Shown in pieces: positions 39,247-51,699 of a stretch of 64,000 bases of DNA (positions are counted from its first letter, which is position 1; each line of letters begins with the position of its first letter). The stretch is from positions 118,608,001 to 118,672,000 of the forward strand of contig NC_087437.1 in the NCBI RefSeq assembly GCF_036321535.1, given 5' to 3'. The DNA comes from Camelus dromedarius (Eukaryota). The notes beneath the pieces are model-generated. The model ran no database searches. It was not told the origin of the DNA and worked only from the letters and a program-made list of their open reading frames with translations. The position numbers and the translations under genes were made by a program.

Positions 39247-39290
39247 AATAAATAATACTTCCAACGTGTTGGGTTTGGATTTATTTTTTA
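39247..39290 (+). terminator. Candidate distal poly(A) signal with GU/U-rich downstream element
   Basis: TGTA motifs upstream (~39183, ~39205), AATAAA 39247-39252, CA at ~39262, then gtgttgggtttggatttatttttt. Confidence 0.5.
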
Positions 39291-40945
39291 ACACTTATTT
39301 CAAGTCACACTTCTGGAATTACAGTCGGCGACGTGTCATCATCTGCTTACCTCCACTGCTTTAATGTGGGTTCCTGGAAAGTATCAGAGATAAAGTTGAA
39401 TGAAGGGAGAGTCCAAGTCCAATCATTAAGGTATAAAATATGCTGGAAAAGGGAGAATAAACTACCTGAGAAAGTGAGAACCATCCCGGGGAGGAGGGGA
39501 GAGAAACCCGTAGGAAAGGCACTCAGAAAGCACAGGTAAGCGGCTAGGGGTGGGCTGGGGGCTGAAAATGTCCAGACTGAGAATGTCCAAGCCGACCCAC
39601 TCCCACAACCACCCAGCAAGGATGGTGTGTTCTCTGAATTCTGCAGGTGAGAAAGCGGCTCCAAGTCAGGTGCCTCGGAGAACAGAGTCAGGAAACGGCT
39701 GTCCCTGGAGCGGACCCCGCTCTGTCCACCGCCAGGACCAAAGCTCTCTCTGCCCCACACTCTCTCCCAGGTGCGGTGCTAAGTCATACCTTCCAGAAGC
39801 CTAAGGGTCCAGGTGAGTGGGTCCTTCTCAGGGAGGGGTGTGCGCCAACTCACAGAAAGCAGAAATGCTCAGTGGAGATGCACTTCATCCACGAGCCAGG
39901 AGTAAGCTGCCGCACCAGCCCCGGAAAAGGACACTTTCAGTGACTAGACGCTTTCTGACAGTACCTGGACAAGGGGGAAAAAAAGAGGAAGGTCAAACCA
40001 TTTGGAAGCGAAGCAATAGTTACTGGAGGAACAGAATAGGAGATTTAATTTCTAACAACGAAGGAGACCGTTTGATTGCAGTTCTCACTTACGCGGAACT
40101 CCAGGTTGATCAGTTTCTCCATCCACCTGCTGTGGGTGGCGTTGCGGGTGTGATTCCGCGTGTTTGCCGCTAAGTGGGGCTGTTGTCAAACTTTATGGAA
40201 GGACTTAACGTTCTTTTTTTTTTTTTTTCATTCCTTGTGGCTTTCACAGGCAACTTTTAATCTTGTGTGTCTGTAATTAAATTACATCCAGCAACTAAAG
40301 ATGTCCACTTCTCCCTTCTTCTCCAAAATAGAATCTGCAAAATATATTGGCTGGATGTGTAGTAAATCTTGGAAGCAATTCTCAAACACGTATCTCCAGC
40401 TGGTGGCCAGGTCCTTGGCTATGGCACAGTGGAGTGAACTGAGTCAGTGAGGGGCCAAAAAGTCCCCAGGCCCTCGCTGCCCTGGCAGAGTCCAGACTGG
40501 AAAAACCAGCTTGTCTGATTACCAGACCCATGAGCTCAACCATTCAGCTACCGTCTTTTTAAGGTTAAAGACTGGAAGGAAAATTACTTTTAAAAATTAA
40601 ATAGGATATATGCTAAGATTAAAATGCTACAAGAGAAAATATTGGGGAAAATATTTGTAACAAATATAAGGAAAAAAGCTAACATTTATTGAATAGCAAA
40701 TTCTGGCATATTAGATGTGTTACATTTCATCCTCAGAACAGCCCTATCAAGTACACATTGTTCCTAAAATTGTTTCTTTAAATCCTGGAGTGGAAGGCAG
40801 GGGACACAGAGAGGACAGATTCCAGGTGCAGAGAAAGGAAGATCTCAGTCCACAGAATGAGATTCCACAGGCCAAGGTCTTAAGTGTCATCGCAGTAAAT
40901 AAATAAAACTGAAAACTTTCATTGCATATAAAAATTACATCCAAA

Positions 40946-41485
40946 TGTTCCAAATATTCTGATGCTTTGACCTCTGGGAACTTGCTGACCCTGAAGAAAA
41001 TGGACTCCTAGGGTTGGCCAATTCCTGAGAGAACAAGAAACTCACCTGCAAGCAAACAAATCACCTGGGTGTGTGTCTTTCAAATGCAAACCAACCAATC
41101 CAGAACCCTCATCCCTAAGACCTTCTTTATCCTTTATGACTCTCACACTGGGCCACTGTCTCCCTGCCCTCATCACCCCAGGGTCAGGTACCAACCATTT
41201 AAGACAGTCCCTATGCCCCAAAGACTGCTGGAGGTATTCAGTCTAGACAACCCTAAGCCCATTAACCCTTCCTGCCCCATTCCATCCTACAGAAACCACA
41301 ATAAATGCTCTTGTGTCCTCTCTGCCTCCCGCTGCTCCCTCCCTCAACATGGTGCTCCCCCCGGGCACAAGCCGCCTCCTGTCTCTAGTGATCTGTAAGC
41401 AAAACACACTTCTGCCATCAGGACAGTTATTTCTGCTTCTGTGTGTCTTACCTCATTTAAACAAACCCCAAGGACCCTTAAAACA
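40946..41485 (+). mobile_element. ERVL-class solo LTR (MER54/MER74-like)
   Basis: TG...CA termini, perfect 5-bp TSD CCAAA (40941-40945 / 41486-41490), internal CCAAT and AATAAA (41300-41305). Confidence 0.85.
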
Positions 41486-43831
41486 CCAAAGAAGAACATG
41501 AGAGCCCAGTAGAAATGGAAAGATTATGAACAAATGCTAACAAAAGTGGGAATATAAATGATTAAGAAACATGCAAATGTTCAGCCTTATTAATAACGTA
41601 TGCAAAATGTTGAAGTAGCTAAAAATCAAATGCACAAAGGTTTTATGCACAAAGCTGCCTAAGGCATGAGCGATTTCCTATTTTGCTGATGAGGAGTGTA
41701 AACTGGAGAAGTCATTTTAGAGAGCCCGAAAAACAGCCAAGCCATCGCTGGATCGATGCTTCTCTTAGAAATCTGTTCTAAAGAAACAGAAATGTGGACA
41801 GACCAGGAACTAGGGTAGAGCAACAAAAGCAATTTGCTGAATAATATGCCAATATCGCATCCATGGTTAAAGAGAAATATGTTAATATGAATGTGAGAGT
41901 ATAAAATGTAACAGTTTAGTGAGTATGTGAAATTCACACTAACCTGTTACGCCACGAAGTGGGACTCGTGGATAGAAAAGGATGGTTTAGGGATTTTTAA
42001 CTTTTATTTTTATTCAAGTAACACATTTACATCATTTTAAAAAATTCAAATAATCTCAAGAGAGGCATATCACAAAAACCAGTGGTCGCCGGCCTCACCC
42101 CTACCCACCTTTAGAGCCTGCTGTGCAGAGGCAGCCCCCTAGTCTGGTTTGCCCTGGTACCTGCTTCCATGTTTCCAGAGTCACATTCATGCTGCGTTCT
42201 ACGTGACCAGCCAACAGAACTGATCCTGCTGATTGAGTAATTGCCACCCTGAGCATTTTCTAGATTCCTGCACTTATTAGGGCCAGTTCTGTCCCCCTCT
42301 GATTCTCCATGTGGATCTGCTTTTGCACCTGGGTCCACTTGCCGATGTGACTTAATTCCTAGGAGGAATAATATTATTAATACTAATACAGGATTAATAT
42401 ATGCTATCCCCCTGGTTAGTCCTCTCAGGTGACATTACCATGTGTTTCTTTTCCTGGATATCCTTCAGAAATGCTGGATGATGTCTCTGATATACCCTGT
42501 TCAGGGCTGTTTTGGAATCATGCTAAATTTACAGATGAATTTAGAGAGAATTTACATTGTTACAAAACCGAGCCTTTGACTTCAACAGAATGGTGTAGTT
42601 GTGTCTTTGTTTGGCACCTGTCACGTCCCTCAGTAAAATTTAAATTCACGTTGATCCATGCCTACTTCTTGACAACTTAGTTCCCAGGGGTTTTGAATTT
42701 TTTGTTGACACTATGAGTGGGATATTTTTTTCTATAACATTTTAAAATTGGTTACTGTCAGATATCGGAAAACACCTATTTTTCTGTGTCCATCTTGTAA
42801 TTGACCACATTAGTAAACTATTGTTTCTAACAAGTTTCTTCCTGGCTTTAATCTTCTGGGGGTTTCTGAGAAGAAAATTATGTCATCTGCAAATAATGGT
42901 AATCATAGCTCCTTTCTAATATTTGTGCCTTTTATTTTATGTTCTTTTTTTTAATGCCTATTGTGGCATATAACACAATGCTTAAGCCAGTTTTAATTTA
43001 AGTTTAAATAGGTTATGCATTCACAAATTTCAAAGATCAAAACAATATATGGTGAAAAATCTCCTTCCCACCCCTCACCTCTCATCTGCCTACTTTCAAC
43101 CCCTTCCCACTGCCCCCCACCTCTGCCAAGGTGACCTCTTATGAGTTTGCCAGCAGCCTTCCAATTTATCTTTAGGTACTGATCAGCATACATTCTTATT
43201 TTCCCTCTCTTTTCCATGAAAAGGTAACAGACTACATACACTGGTCTGCTTTCTTTCTGGTTTCAAGTAGTTTACCTTGGAAATGGCTCCAGATACTTTT
43301 CCAGAGGCATCACAGCCACTGAGTGCATGTGTCACTCTCCGTCTCACCAGTCTCATGTCGCCAGCATCTCACCTTCTGCTCTGACAAACATTGCTGCAGT
43401 GAATAACCTTATCCAAACATCGTTATGTGGCCACGTCCACCTGGAGGATTCATTTCCAGGAAGGCAATTGCTGGGTTAGAAGACGCCTGCATTTGTAACC
43501 CCTCAAACACTGTCCAATTGCCCTTTCTGGGAGCAAGTCCAAGGCATTCTCCCACAAGTGGTGGGTGAGTATACCTGTTTCCCTGTTTTCTCATCAGGAA
43601 GGTGATTTTTAAGCTTTCAAATTTTTGCCAAGCTGATTAGTGGAAAATGATTTTTCAGCAAAGTTCTAATTTGCCTGTCTTTTATTATGAGCAACTTTAG
43701 ACATCTTTTCATGTATTTGACAGCCAACTGGAGTTCCTTTTCTATAAACTCTTCCAATCATTTGCCCGTTTTTCTATTGGGTTGTTTTCTAGGAAGTCAT
43801 ATATATTGGTGTATCAATAGTACAGGCTTTA

Positions 43832-44404
43832 ACGTTTACAATAGCTAAGACATGGAGGCAACTGAAATGTCCATCAGCAGATGACTGGGTAAAGAAGTTG
43901 TGGTGTGTTTATACAATGAAATACTACTTAGCTATAAAAAGGAATAAAACAGTGCCACTTGCAGCAACATGGATGGCCCTGGAGATTGTCATATTAAGTG
44001 AAGTAAGCCAGAAAGAGAAAGATAAATACTGTATGATATTACTTATGTGTGGAATCTAAAAAAATGACACAAGTGAAATTATTTGAGAAAAAGAAACAGA
44101 CACACAAAGAAAAGAAACTTATGGTTACCAGGGAGGAGAATGGGGTAGGAAGGGATCAATTGGGAGTTTGGGATTTGCAGATACAAACGATTATATATAA
44201 AATAGATAAACAGCCAAGTCCTGCTGTACAGCACAGGGAACTGTATTCAACACCTTGTAATAACCTACAATGAAAAAGACTATGAAAAGGAGTATATGTA
44301 TGTATAACTGAAACATTATGCTGTGCACCAGAGATTAACACAACATTGTAAATTGACTCTACTTTAATTAAAAAAAATTATTTTAAAAATTTTTAAAAAG
44401 AAAA
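43832..44404 (+). mobile_element. 5'-truncated L1 (ORF2 end, 3' UTR, A-rich tail)
   Basis: tttacaatagctaagacatggaggcaactgaaatgtccatc...gaagtaagccagaaagagaaag...; similar to the 45008 element but more diverged. Confidence 0.9.
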
Positions 44405-45007
44405 TAAGATCTTCACAAGGACACCCCCCAAAAATTACAGCTTTATATACGGAGGTCTGTTTGCAGTAGCTCTGTGATCTCAGCAAATTACTCAGCAAAA
44501 TAACCCTGCTTGACTTTCCCAGCCATGAAATGGGGTTGATAATAATACTGCATCACTGAGCTCAATCTTTTTAAGTGCTCAGGACAATGCCTGCCGCTTA
44601 GGAAGCACCACATGTGATGGTTAACTGTTTTGCTCAAAAAAAGGGGTGAGATTATCACTTGAAATTTTTGTTTCCGTTTGTCATGTCTTCTGGCTTTCCT
44701 TATGTTGGGTTTTTGGTTTTCTGTTTTTACCTTTGAGAAAAGTGTATACACACACACATGTTCAAATCTACTAAACAGTTTTTAGTAAGTCTTCTGATTT
44801 GATTCTATTAAAAAAGTTTTCCAACTCCAGATTTACAGAGAAACTTATAAGCATGTTTTCTTCTTGTGGTATTAAAACTTTATACTATGTGTTAATAGTT
44901 GTTGTGGCTACTTCACTCACAACATTCTTCTTTTTCAAAGTTTTCCTGGCTGTTCTTATTTTTCTCATATCAACATTTGAATTAGCTTTTAAAGATGCCT
45001 CCCCCAA

Positions 45008-45746
45008 GGAAAGGGGAACCCTCCTACACTGCTGGTGGGAATGCAGTTTGGTGCAGCCACTATAGAAAACAGTGTGGAGATTCCTCAAAAGACTAGGAAT
45101 AGACTTACCATATGACCCAGGAATCCCACTCCTGGGCTTGTATCCAGAAGGAAATCTACTTCAGGATGACACCTGCACCCCAATGTTCATAGCAGCACTA
45201 TTTACAATAGCCAAAACATGGAAACAGCCTAAATGTCCATCAACAGGTGACTGGATAAAGAAGATGTGGTATATTTATACAATGGAATACTACTCAGCCA
45301 TAAAAACCAACAACATAACGCCATTTGCAGGAACATGGATGCTCCTGGAGAATGTCATTCTAAGTGAAGTAAGCCAGAAAGAGAAAGAAAAATACCATAT
45401 GAGATCACTTATATGTGGAATCTAAAAAACAAAAACAAACAAACAAAAACAAAGCGTAAATAAAGGACAGAAATAGACTCACAGACAGAGAATACAGACT
45501 TGTGGTTACCAGGGGGGTGGAGGGTGGGAAGGGATAGACTGAGATTTCAAAATTGTAGAATAGATAAACAAGATTACACTGTATAGCACAGGGAAATATA
45601 CACAAAATGTTATGATAACTCACAGAGAAAAAAATGTGACAATGAGTGTGTATATGTCCATGAATGACTGAAAAATTGTGCTGAACACTGGAATTTGACA
45701 CAACATTGTAAAATGATTATAAATCAATAAAAAATGTTAAAAAAAT
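45008..45746 (+). mobile_element. Young 5'-truncated L1 (ORF2 C-terminus, 3' UTR, tail)
   Basis: Encodes [26 protein letters not shown]...MFIAALFTIAKTWKQPKCPS...EYYSAIK...ICGI*. TSD aaagatgcctcccccaa (44991-45007) / aaagatgccccccaa (45747-45761) at a TTTT/AA site. Confidence 0.95.
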
Positions 45747-46321
45747 AAAGATGCCCCCCAAAATACACATAAATCACATAAATAATTTACCTTAGGAAGA
45801 CCTGACACTTTTCTGATGTCGAGATGTCCTATCCAAGAAGAGGAAATATGTCTCTACTCGTTAATTGCTTCTTTTTTGTTCCTTCAGAACATTTTTAAGC
45901 TTCTTGATATAGTCTTGCCAATTTCTTCTTAAATTCATTTCTATGTAGTCTTTTTTTTTTTATTGTGAAAGAGATCTTTTCTCCTGTTAAATCTAACTGG
46001 TTGATTTTTTGGGAATATGAAAGCTGATGATTTCTGTGTATTAATTTTGTATTGTGCTTTCTTAGTGAATTCTTTTGTTTGAGATTTTTCAAGAGTATTT
46101 TGGGTTTTGCAGGTGTACAATTGTATCATGTAGATTGTGATAGTATCACATCAGTCTTTCCAATTTTACACCTGTTTCCTTTCTCCTGTCTCATTACATT
46201 GCCCAGTACATTTAGTGGAGGATAAAATAGTAATGGGCATCTTTATCTTGTTCCCAACTTTAAACATTGACACCAGTGGCTGAGAAAGATATAATTTATT
46301 ACATTGAGGAATATCCACATC

Positions 46322-46640
46322 TGTGATGATTAACTTTATGTGTCAATGTTTCTATGAAGCTACTATAAGATATTAACATTTAAATCAGTGGATGTTCAGT
46401 AAAGCATATTACCCTCTAGAATATGGGTGGGCCTCATCTAATCAGTTGAAGGTCTTAAGGGAGAAAGACTGAAGTCCCTGAAGAAAGAGAGAATTCTGCC
46501 TCCAGACTGGACTTGAGCTGCATCATCAACAATTCCCTGGGTCTCCAGCCTCCAGCCTGCCCTGCAGTTTGGACCTGGCAGCCTCCACAATTACGGGAAC
46601 CAAATTCCTGTTGGTTCTCTGAGGAACCCTGACTCATACA
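46322..46640 (+). mobile_element. ERVL MLT2-type solo LTR (internally deleted)
   Basis: tgtgatgattaactttatgtgtcaa ... gaaccctgactcataca; flanks ACATC/CCATC. Confidence 0.8.
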
Positions 46641-47918
46641 CCATCTAGTCTGCTTTTACTGAAAACATCATCATAAATCTTACAATTCTGTTAGGTGCCT
46701 TTTCATCATTTAGGGAGATTACTGGGTTTTACCTTCTTAGATTTAATAACATCCTGAGTTGCATTATGACATCTCCTAATACTGAACCATGTGCACTTCC
46801 GCAGTAGCCTTCATTTGGTCATGATGTGGTGTTCCTTTCATGTGCTTTTAGGTTCTGTTTGCCCATGTTTTCCTTAGAATTTTCTAAACACATTCACAGG
46901 CCGAGTTTTCTTTTCTGCAGTTTGTCCGGTGGTATGATCAATGTTGCCTTCACTTTATAGAAAGAATTGGATGTTTAATCTTTTTTCCTGTGTTCAGGAA
47001 GAGCGTATGCACAGAAGTGGAATATCTGCTCTTTAAAAGTTTGGTAGCATTCCCTTAAGAAGTTCTCTGGGCACAGTGTTCTTTGCAGAGCTAGCACCTT
47101 GACAACTTTCTCTGTCTGCTATGGAAATAATCTGTTTAGATTTTTCTCTCTCTACTAAAGTGTTTTGATAAATTATATTTCTTATAAAAGCATCCATTTT
47201 AATCCAGATTTCCAAATTACATTTAAAAGTTGGGCACAACTGTCTTATGATTCCTTCCCCCATTTCTCCTGCTTTTGTAGTAGTCATTTTTCTCCTTATT
47301 TCCTGTTTTGTGTATTTGTGTTCATTTTCTAGTATGTATATCAGGTGGCTCATGACTTGTCCATTTTATTGTTGATGTTAGGGATTTATTTTTTAAAGGT
47401 TCCCTTGGTTAGTTCTGCTGTTTCCTGCTCTTATTTATTTCCATTTTTACTTTTATTACTCTCTCCCTTCTAATTTTTGACTGATTATTTGCTTTCCTTC
47501 TGTTTTATTGATAAAAGCATTGGTGGCAGTAAATACCCCTCTGAGTGCTGGCTGAACTGTATTTCATACATTTTGACATGCAGTGTCTTTATCATTATTT
47601 TCTACAAACTCTGTCATTTTTCAGCTTCTTTCCTCCTTCACCGTAGGGATGTAGAGAATTTTTTGGAAAACTTTTTGTTTCCTACCAGGTTCCTCTTTGG
47701 TTGTACTGGGATCAGTAAGTTTTATCTGTAATATGTCCAAACTTTGGGACTGACTGTGGCTTAACACAGGCCAGTTTCCATGTTCTGTGGATTCTTGAAA
47801 AGAGGGTGTTTTTTTTCCCTTCACGGCAGAGAATCTGAACTATGTTCATCAGTTTATTACGCACTATAGGTTTTCACATCTTTACTTTTTAACATATTTT
47901 TCATGGACCAAAAGAAGT

Positions 47919-48522
47919 TGTTAAGGGCTAAATTGTGCACCCTCAAAATTTCATATGGCGAAGTCCCACCCCCGCAGCACCTCAGACCGTAACCGTTTTT
48001 GGAGATGAGGTCTTTACAGAGGTGATTAAGACAAAATGAGGGAGAATATGAAAACGAATGTATGTATGTATATGCATGACTGGGACGTGGTGCTGTACAC
48101 CAGAAATTGACATGTAACTGACTATACTTCAATTAAAAAAAAAGAATACTATTTTGTTATTACTATTTGTGAATTTTCTTGTCTATTTTGCTTGCTGGTT
48201 CTTTCAGATAAAATTATAAGTAAAATAGCAATCATAGTAAGAGAATATTACTTTGAAAAAAAAAAAGACAAGATGAGGGCCCTGGGGAGCCCCTGATCCA
48301 ACATGAGGCGTTCTTCACAAGAAGAGGAAGCGGCCCCGGGGCCCCTGGGCACAGAGGGAGCAAGCCACCCACAGGCTGAGGACAGTGACCTCAGGAGAAG
48401 CCAGCTCTGCTGGCACCTTCACCTTGACTTCTGGCCTCCAACACTGTGAGAAAATAAATGTCCGTCGTTTACACCGCCCAGCTCGTGGTGTTTAATTCTG
48501 GGGGCCCCGGCAAACCAATGCA
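47919..48522 (+). mobile_element. MaLR MLT1A/B-like solo LTR, interrupted by an L1 insertion
   Basis: tgttaagggctaaattgtg...ggcctccaacactgtgagaaaataaatgtc...aatgca; flanks GAAGT/GAAGG. Confidence 0.8.
48043..48264 (+). mobile_element. Truncated L1 3' end plus 3'-transduced segment
   Basis: L1 end, A9, 112 bp of non-L1 sequence, A-tail; TSD aagacaaaatgaggg / aagacaagatgaggg. Confidence 0.8.
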
Positions 48523-48598
48523 GAAGGAGTTAAAGCCTACTCTGAACACCCGTCTAGTTCTACAGAGTCCATCTGATCTGCCCAGGAGACATGGCTAC

Positions 48599-49103
48599 TG
48601 TCAGTGAAAATAAGAAACAATCAACAATAAGAATAGAAAAGGGTTTTATCTGAGCCAAACTGAGGACCAGTCCGGAAGCGTGCTTCCCAGGCTCCTCCCA
48701 GAAACCGCTTCGGAGAAGCAGGGCTTCCAGCACAGTTTTCTGTCTTGTCAGAACAAAGAGCATTAAACAAGTCAGTGTTACATTTCTTCAGGGTTTCAAA
48801 GTGAAAAAGAACAGCCCAGCACGTGCACGGTGAGTCAGTGTGGCCTCGGCACCCGCGAAGGGAGTCTTATTTTCAAAGGAGGGCCAGCACTGGTGTCCTG
48901 CAAAGAGGGGCGTTTCATATTTACTTTTAACATGGACCTTCTTTACTTCTGGTCAGTGCACCCTTTTCTGTAATAATTAGAGCAGGTGGACAGCGCATGT
49001 TTGACGGGCCACAGACAGGCTTTTTCAGCCTCAGATCCAAGGTAACTCATGTATAAGCCACAACGCCCTGCTGCACCTCCATATGGGAACACGTCCTTTA
49101 TCA
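48599..49103 (-). mobile_element. ERV1-class LTR
   Basis: TG...CA termini (tgtcagtgaaaataag ... ctttatca); the last ~145 bp are homologous to 59076-59225. Confidence 0.7.
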
Positions 49104-50439
49104 CTGTCCCCACATGTGAGCTGCTGCTTCCTGCCCCATCCCCTCCCCGGACAGAAGCCCCATGTCTCTGAGTGGCCTCTACCTCCCGCTCATCTGTGCC
49201 CAGCACGCGGGGCTCACAAGTGAGTGTGGACCAGTGTGTGTGCGTGTCGGGGCGCGTGTGCACCTGAGGGACGACAGTGTGTCCTGTGCTCTCTGCTGGG
49301 CCTGGGAGACCCTCAGGGCAGGACCGTGTCCTTTCTCCTCACCCCCACCCCCGTCTGCCCTCGCTCGCCGGGCCCTGACTCGGTGGCCAGTGGAGAGGCG
49401 AGGCCCCGGGACTAGCCGACTGCCCACTGCCTGGACCCTGCCTCCCCCCTCACCCCACAGCATCGTGGTCCCGGCAAGGTGGTCCCAGCCTCTCACTTCC
49501 ATCTCCCCGTCTTGGAGGAGGTGAGGATAGCCCTCCCTCGGGACCCTGGTGAGGACTGGGCCAGATTACAGTGTGGAAGGGCTACAGCCATACTGGGCAC
49601 AGAGAGGGTCCCCACATAGGGTAAGGCCATTGTGGTCATGTTCAGCCATCACCAAGGCTGACTGGACTGGTCTGGGTCAGGAGAAAGTCAAGGTGAATGT
49701 GTAGGTTCCCCGGGAGGGACGGCCCGGGAAGGCACCGCTGTTGGGCCTGTCTGGGTGGGGGGTTTGGGGCCGGGGCAGAGGGGCTGGATGACTCAGCGGG
49801 AGGGAGCGCACAGCCAGGAGGGCCTTCGGGCACGGCCGGTGCTGAGAGCTAGAGGTCAGCCCTGGGCCCCAGATGTGGGCCCCGGGAGTATGTCCACTGA
49901 GCCCTCTCCCGTGTCCAGCCGCAGATCACCCCTCCTGTGAATCGTGGAGCGAGAGCTGCAGAGTGGGCGCTGCTGACCCCACACTCGGCAGGTGGGGTGA
50001 CTCGTCCAGCGGTGGGAAGAGAGGGTGGGGGCCCAGCCTCTCCCTGGGTGTCCCAGATGCGTGGGCGAGGATCGTCTGCTTGTCCAGACCCCACCCCTGA
50101 GCTGGGCTGGGAGTAGAGACGCCACATCCCGGGTCCCGGGGAAGAGGTGCAGAGCCCCAGCCAGGGGGTCACTGAGTCAGAATCTGCCGTCCGACCGATC
50201 CCCGGGGATCCCTTTGTACTGAAAGCGTGAGGAGCCACTGGCCAGCTTTCCAGTTTTAAGCACACGAATGATGGGGAACGTTTGGCCTGGAGTCTTGGGG
50301 ATTCCCAGTAGAAGTCGGAACAGCAACACTCAGCATGAGTTTCTGACGGTGATACCTGGGCTGAGTCTCAAAGGAGTGTGTGCGAACCAGACTGTCTGAG
50401 GGTTTTCGAGACACAAGGGGATCCTCAAACCCGTGTGGT

Positions 50440-50830
50440 CCGGGGGCTCTCTGGGAGGTGACACTGGAGCTGAGGGTGTGAAGACAGGGCCGTGGGGACA
50501 TCAGGGTAAAGAGCAGCATGTGCAAAGGCCCTGGGGATGGGATGGGTTCAGTGCGGGGAGGCCAGGGCATCCGGCAGAGGAAGTGAGGCCCATGGAGGAG
50601 GAGATGGGCACTGGCGGTCGACCCTGGCTCCTGGCTGGGACTCGGGACACGCCTGTGCTGAGATGGGAGCTGCTTGCAGACTCCGGAGGCGACTTCCCCG
50701 GAGCTGACTTGGAACAGAGATGGCCCCAGGTGCTGTGCTGGGAACAGTCTGGGGGGCGGAGCAGGGGGGCAGGCAGAGGTCAGTGCAGGCATCCTGGGGA
50801 AAGATACATCCAGGTGGTCTAGGATGGGTG
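50440..50830 (-). mobile_element. L2 relic (GC-shifted)
   Basis: gggaggtgacactggagctgag...gcatgtgcaaaggccctgggg. Confidence 0.55.
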
Positions 50831-51411
50831 CCATGGAGGTATAGACAAGTGCTCAGAGGGACAGGCGTGCAGGGGCCCAGGGTCACCAGACAGAGCTGAG
50901 ACCAGGGCAGGAGGGAGCCCTCCAGAGAGATATGGACACGAAAATGTGTCTACTCTGGTCTGTGTGGGAGATCAAACCCAGGTGGGAGGCAAAGCGTCCC
51001 TGGGCAGCTCTGGAAAGAGGCTGTGACCCTCATGGTGTGGAGAGCAGGGGACGGCCCTCTGCCAAGGGGACGGGGCCACAGCCGATGGGTTCTGATTGCA
51101 GGTGAGGCAGGGACCAGCCCAGGAGGGCTCGAGCAGCCCCCTTTCCTAGCGTTCTGTCCTTTTATGCCCAGGCCTTCCACACTCTTGTCTCCAGCTCGGA
51201 ATTCTCCCAGGACTTTCCAGAACCATAAATCCAGCCGCCTGGGCAACGTCTGCACTGAACACCTCAGAGTCATCCTGGAGACACTCAGGACCTTCCAGGT
51301 GAATGTCACTCCCAGACCTCAGAGGACTTCCTCCTCTGCTCCCCGCGCCCAGCCCCGGAGCCAGCACTTGTGCGCTCGCTGCTGAAGCCAGGGCTCGGGT
51401 CCTCTTCCTGC

Positions 51412-51518
51412 CCTCTGTCTCTCTGTGTCTCTCTCTGTGTCTCTCTGTCTCTGTCTCACTGTCTCTCCTAGTCTCTCTCTACCTCTCTCTGTGTCTCTGT
51501 CTCTGTCTGTTTCTCTCT
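51412..51518. repeat. CT-rich (TCTCTG)n-like simple repeat
   Basis: Seen directly. Confidence 0.85.
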
Positions 51519-51699
51519 GACTCTAATCCATGGTGTTCAGAAGTCCTGAGCACCTTCTGAACCTGGCAGATTCCTGGTCTCTCTCCCGCCTCATCCCAGC
51601 TCCTGGAGTCCCCTGGTGGGCCCCCTCAGAGTAGCTGGTCTCTGCACACCCTGGACTTCCTTCAGTCCATGTCCCCACTGAAACCTGTGGCTTCTCGTC

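Larger units (their letters stand above)
42430..47850 (-). mobile_element. Old antisense L1 relics hosting younger insertions
   Basis: T-rich L1 antisense hallmarks, interrupted by the L1 and MLT2 elements listed separately. Confidence 0.55.

Noticed and set aside
40093..40334. Antisense exon (ttttgcAG ... GTAAGT on the minus strand)
   Set aside because: A single isolated site pair with a weak pyrimidine tract; not distinguishable from chance.
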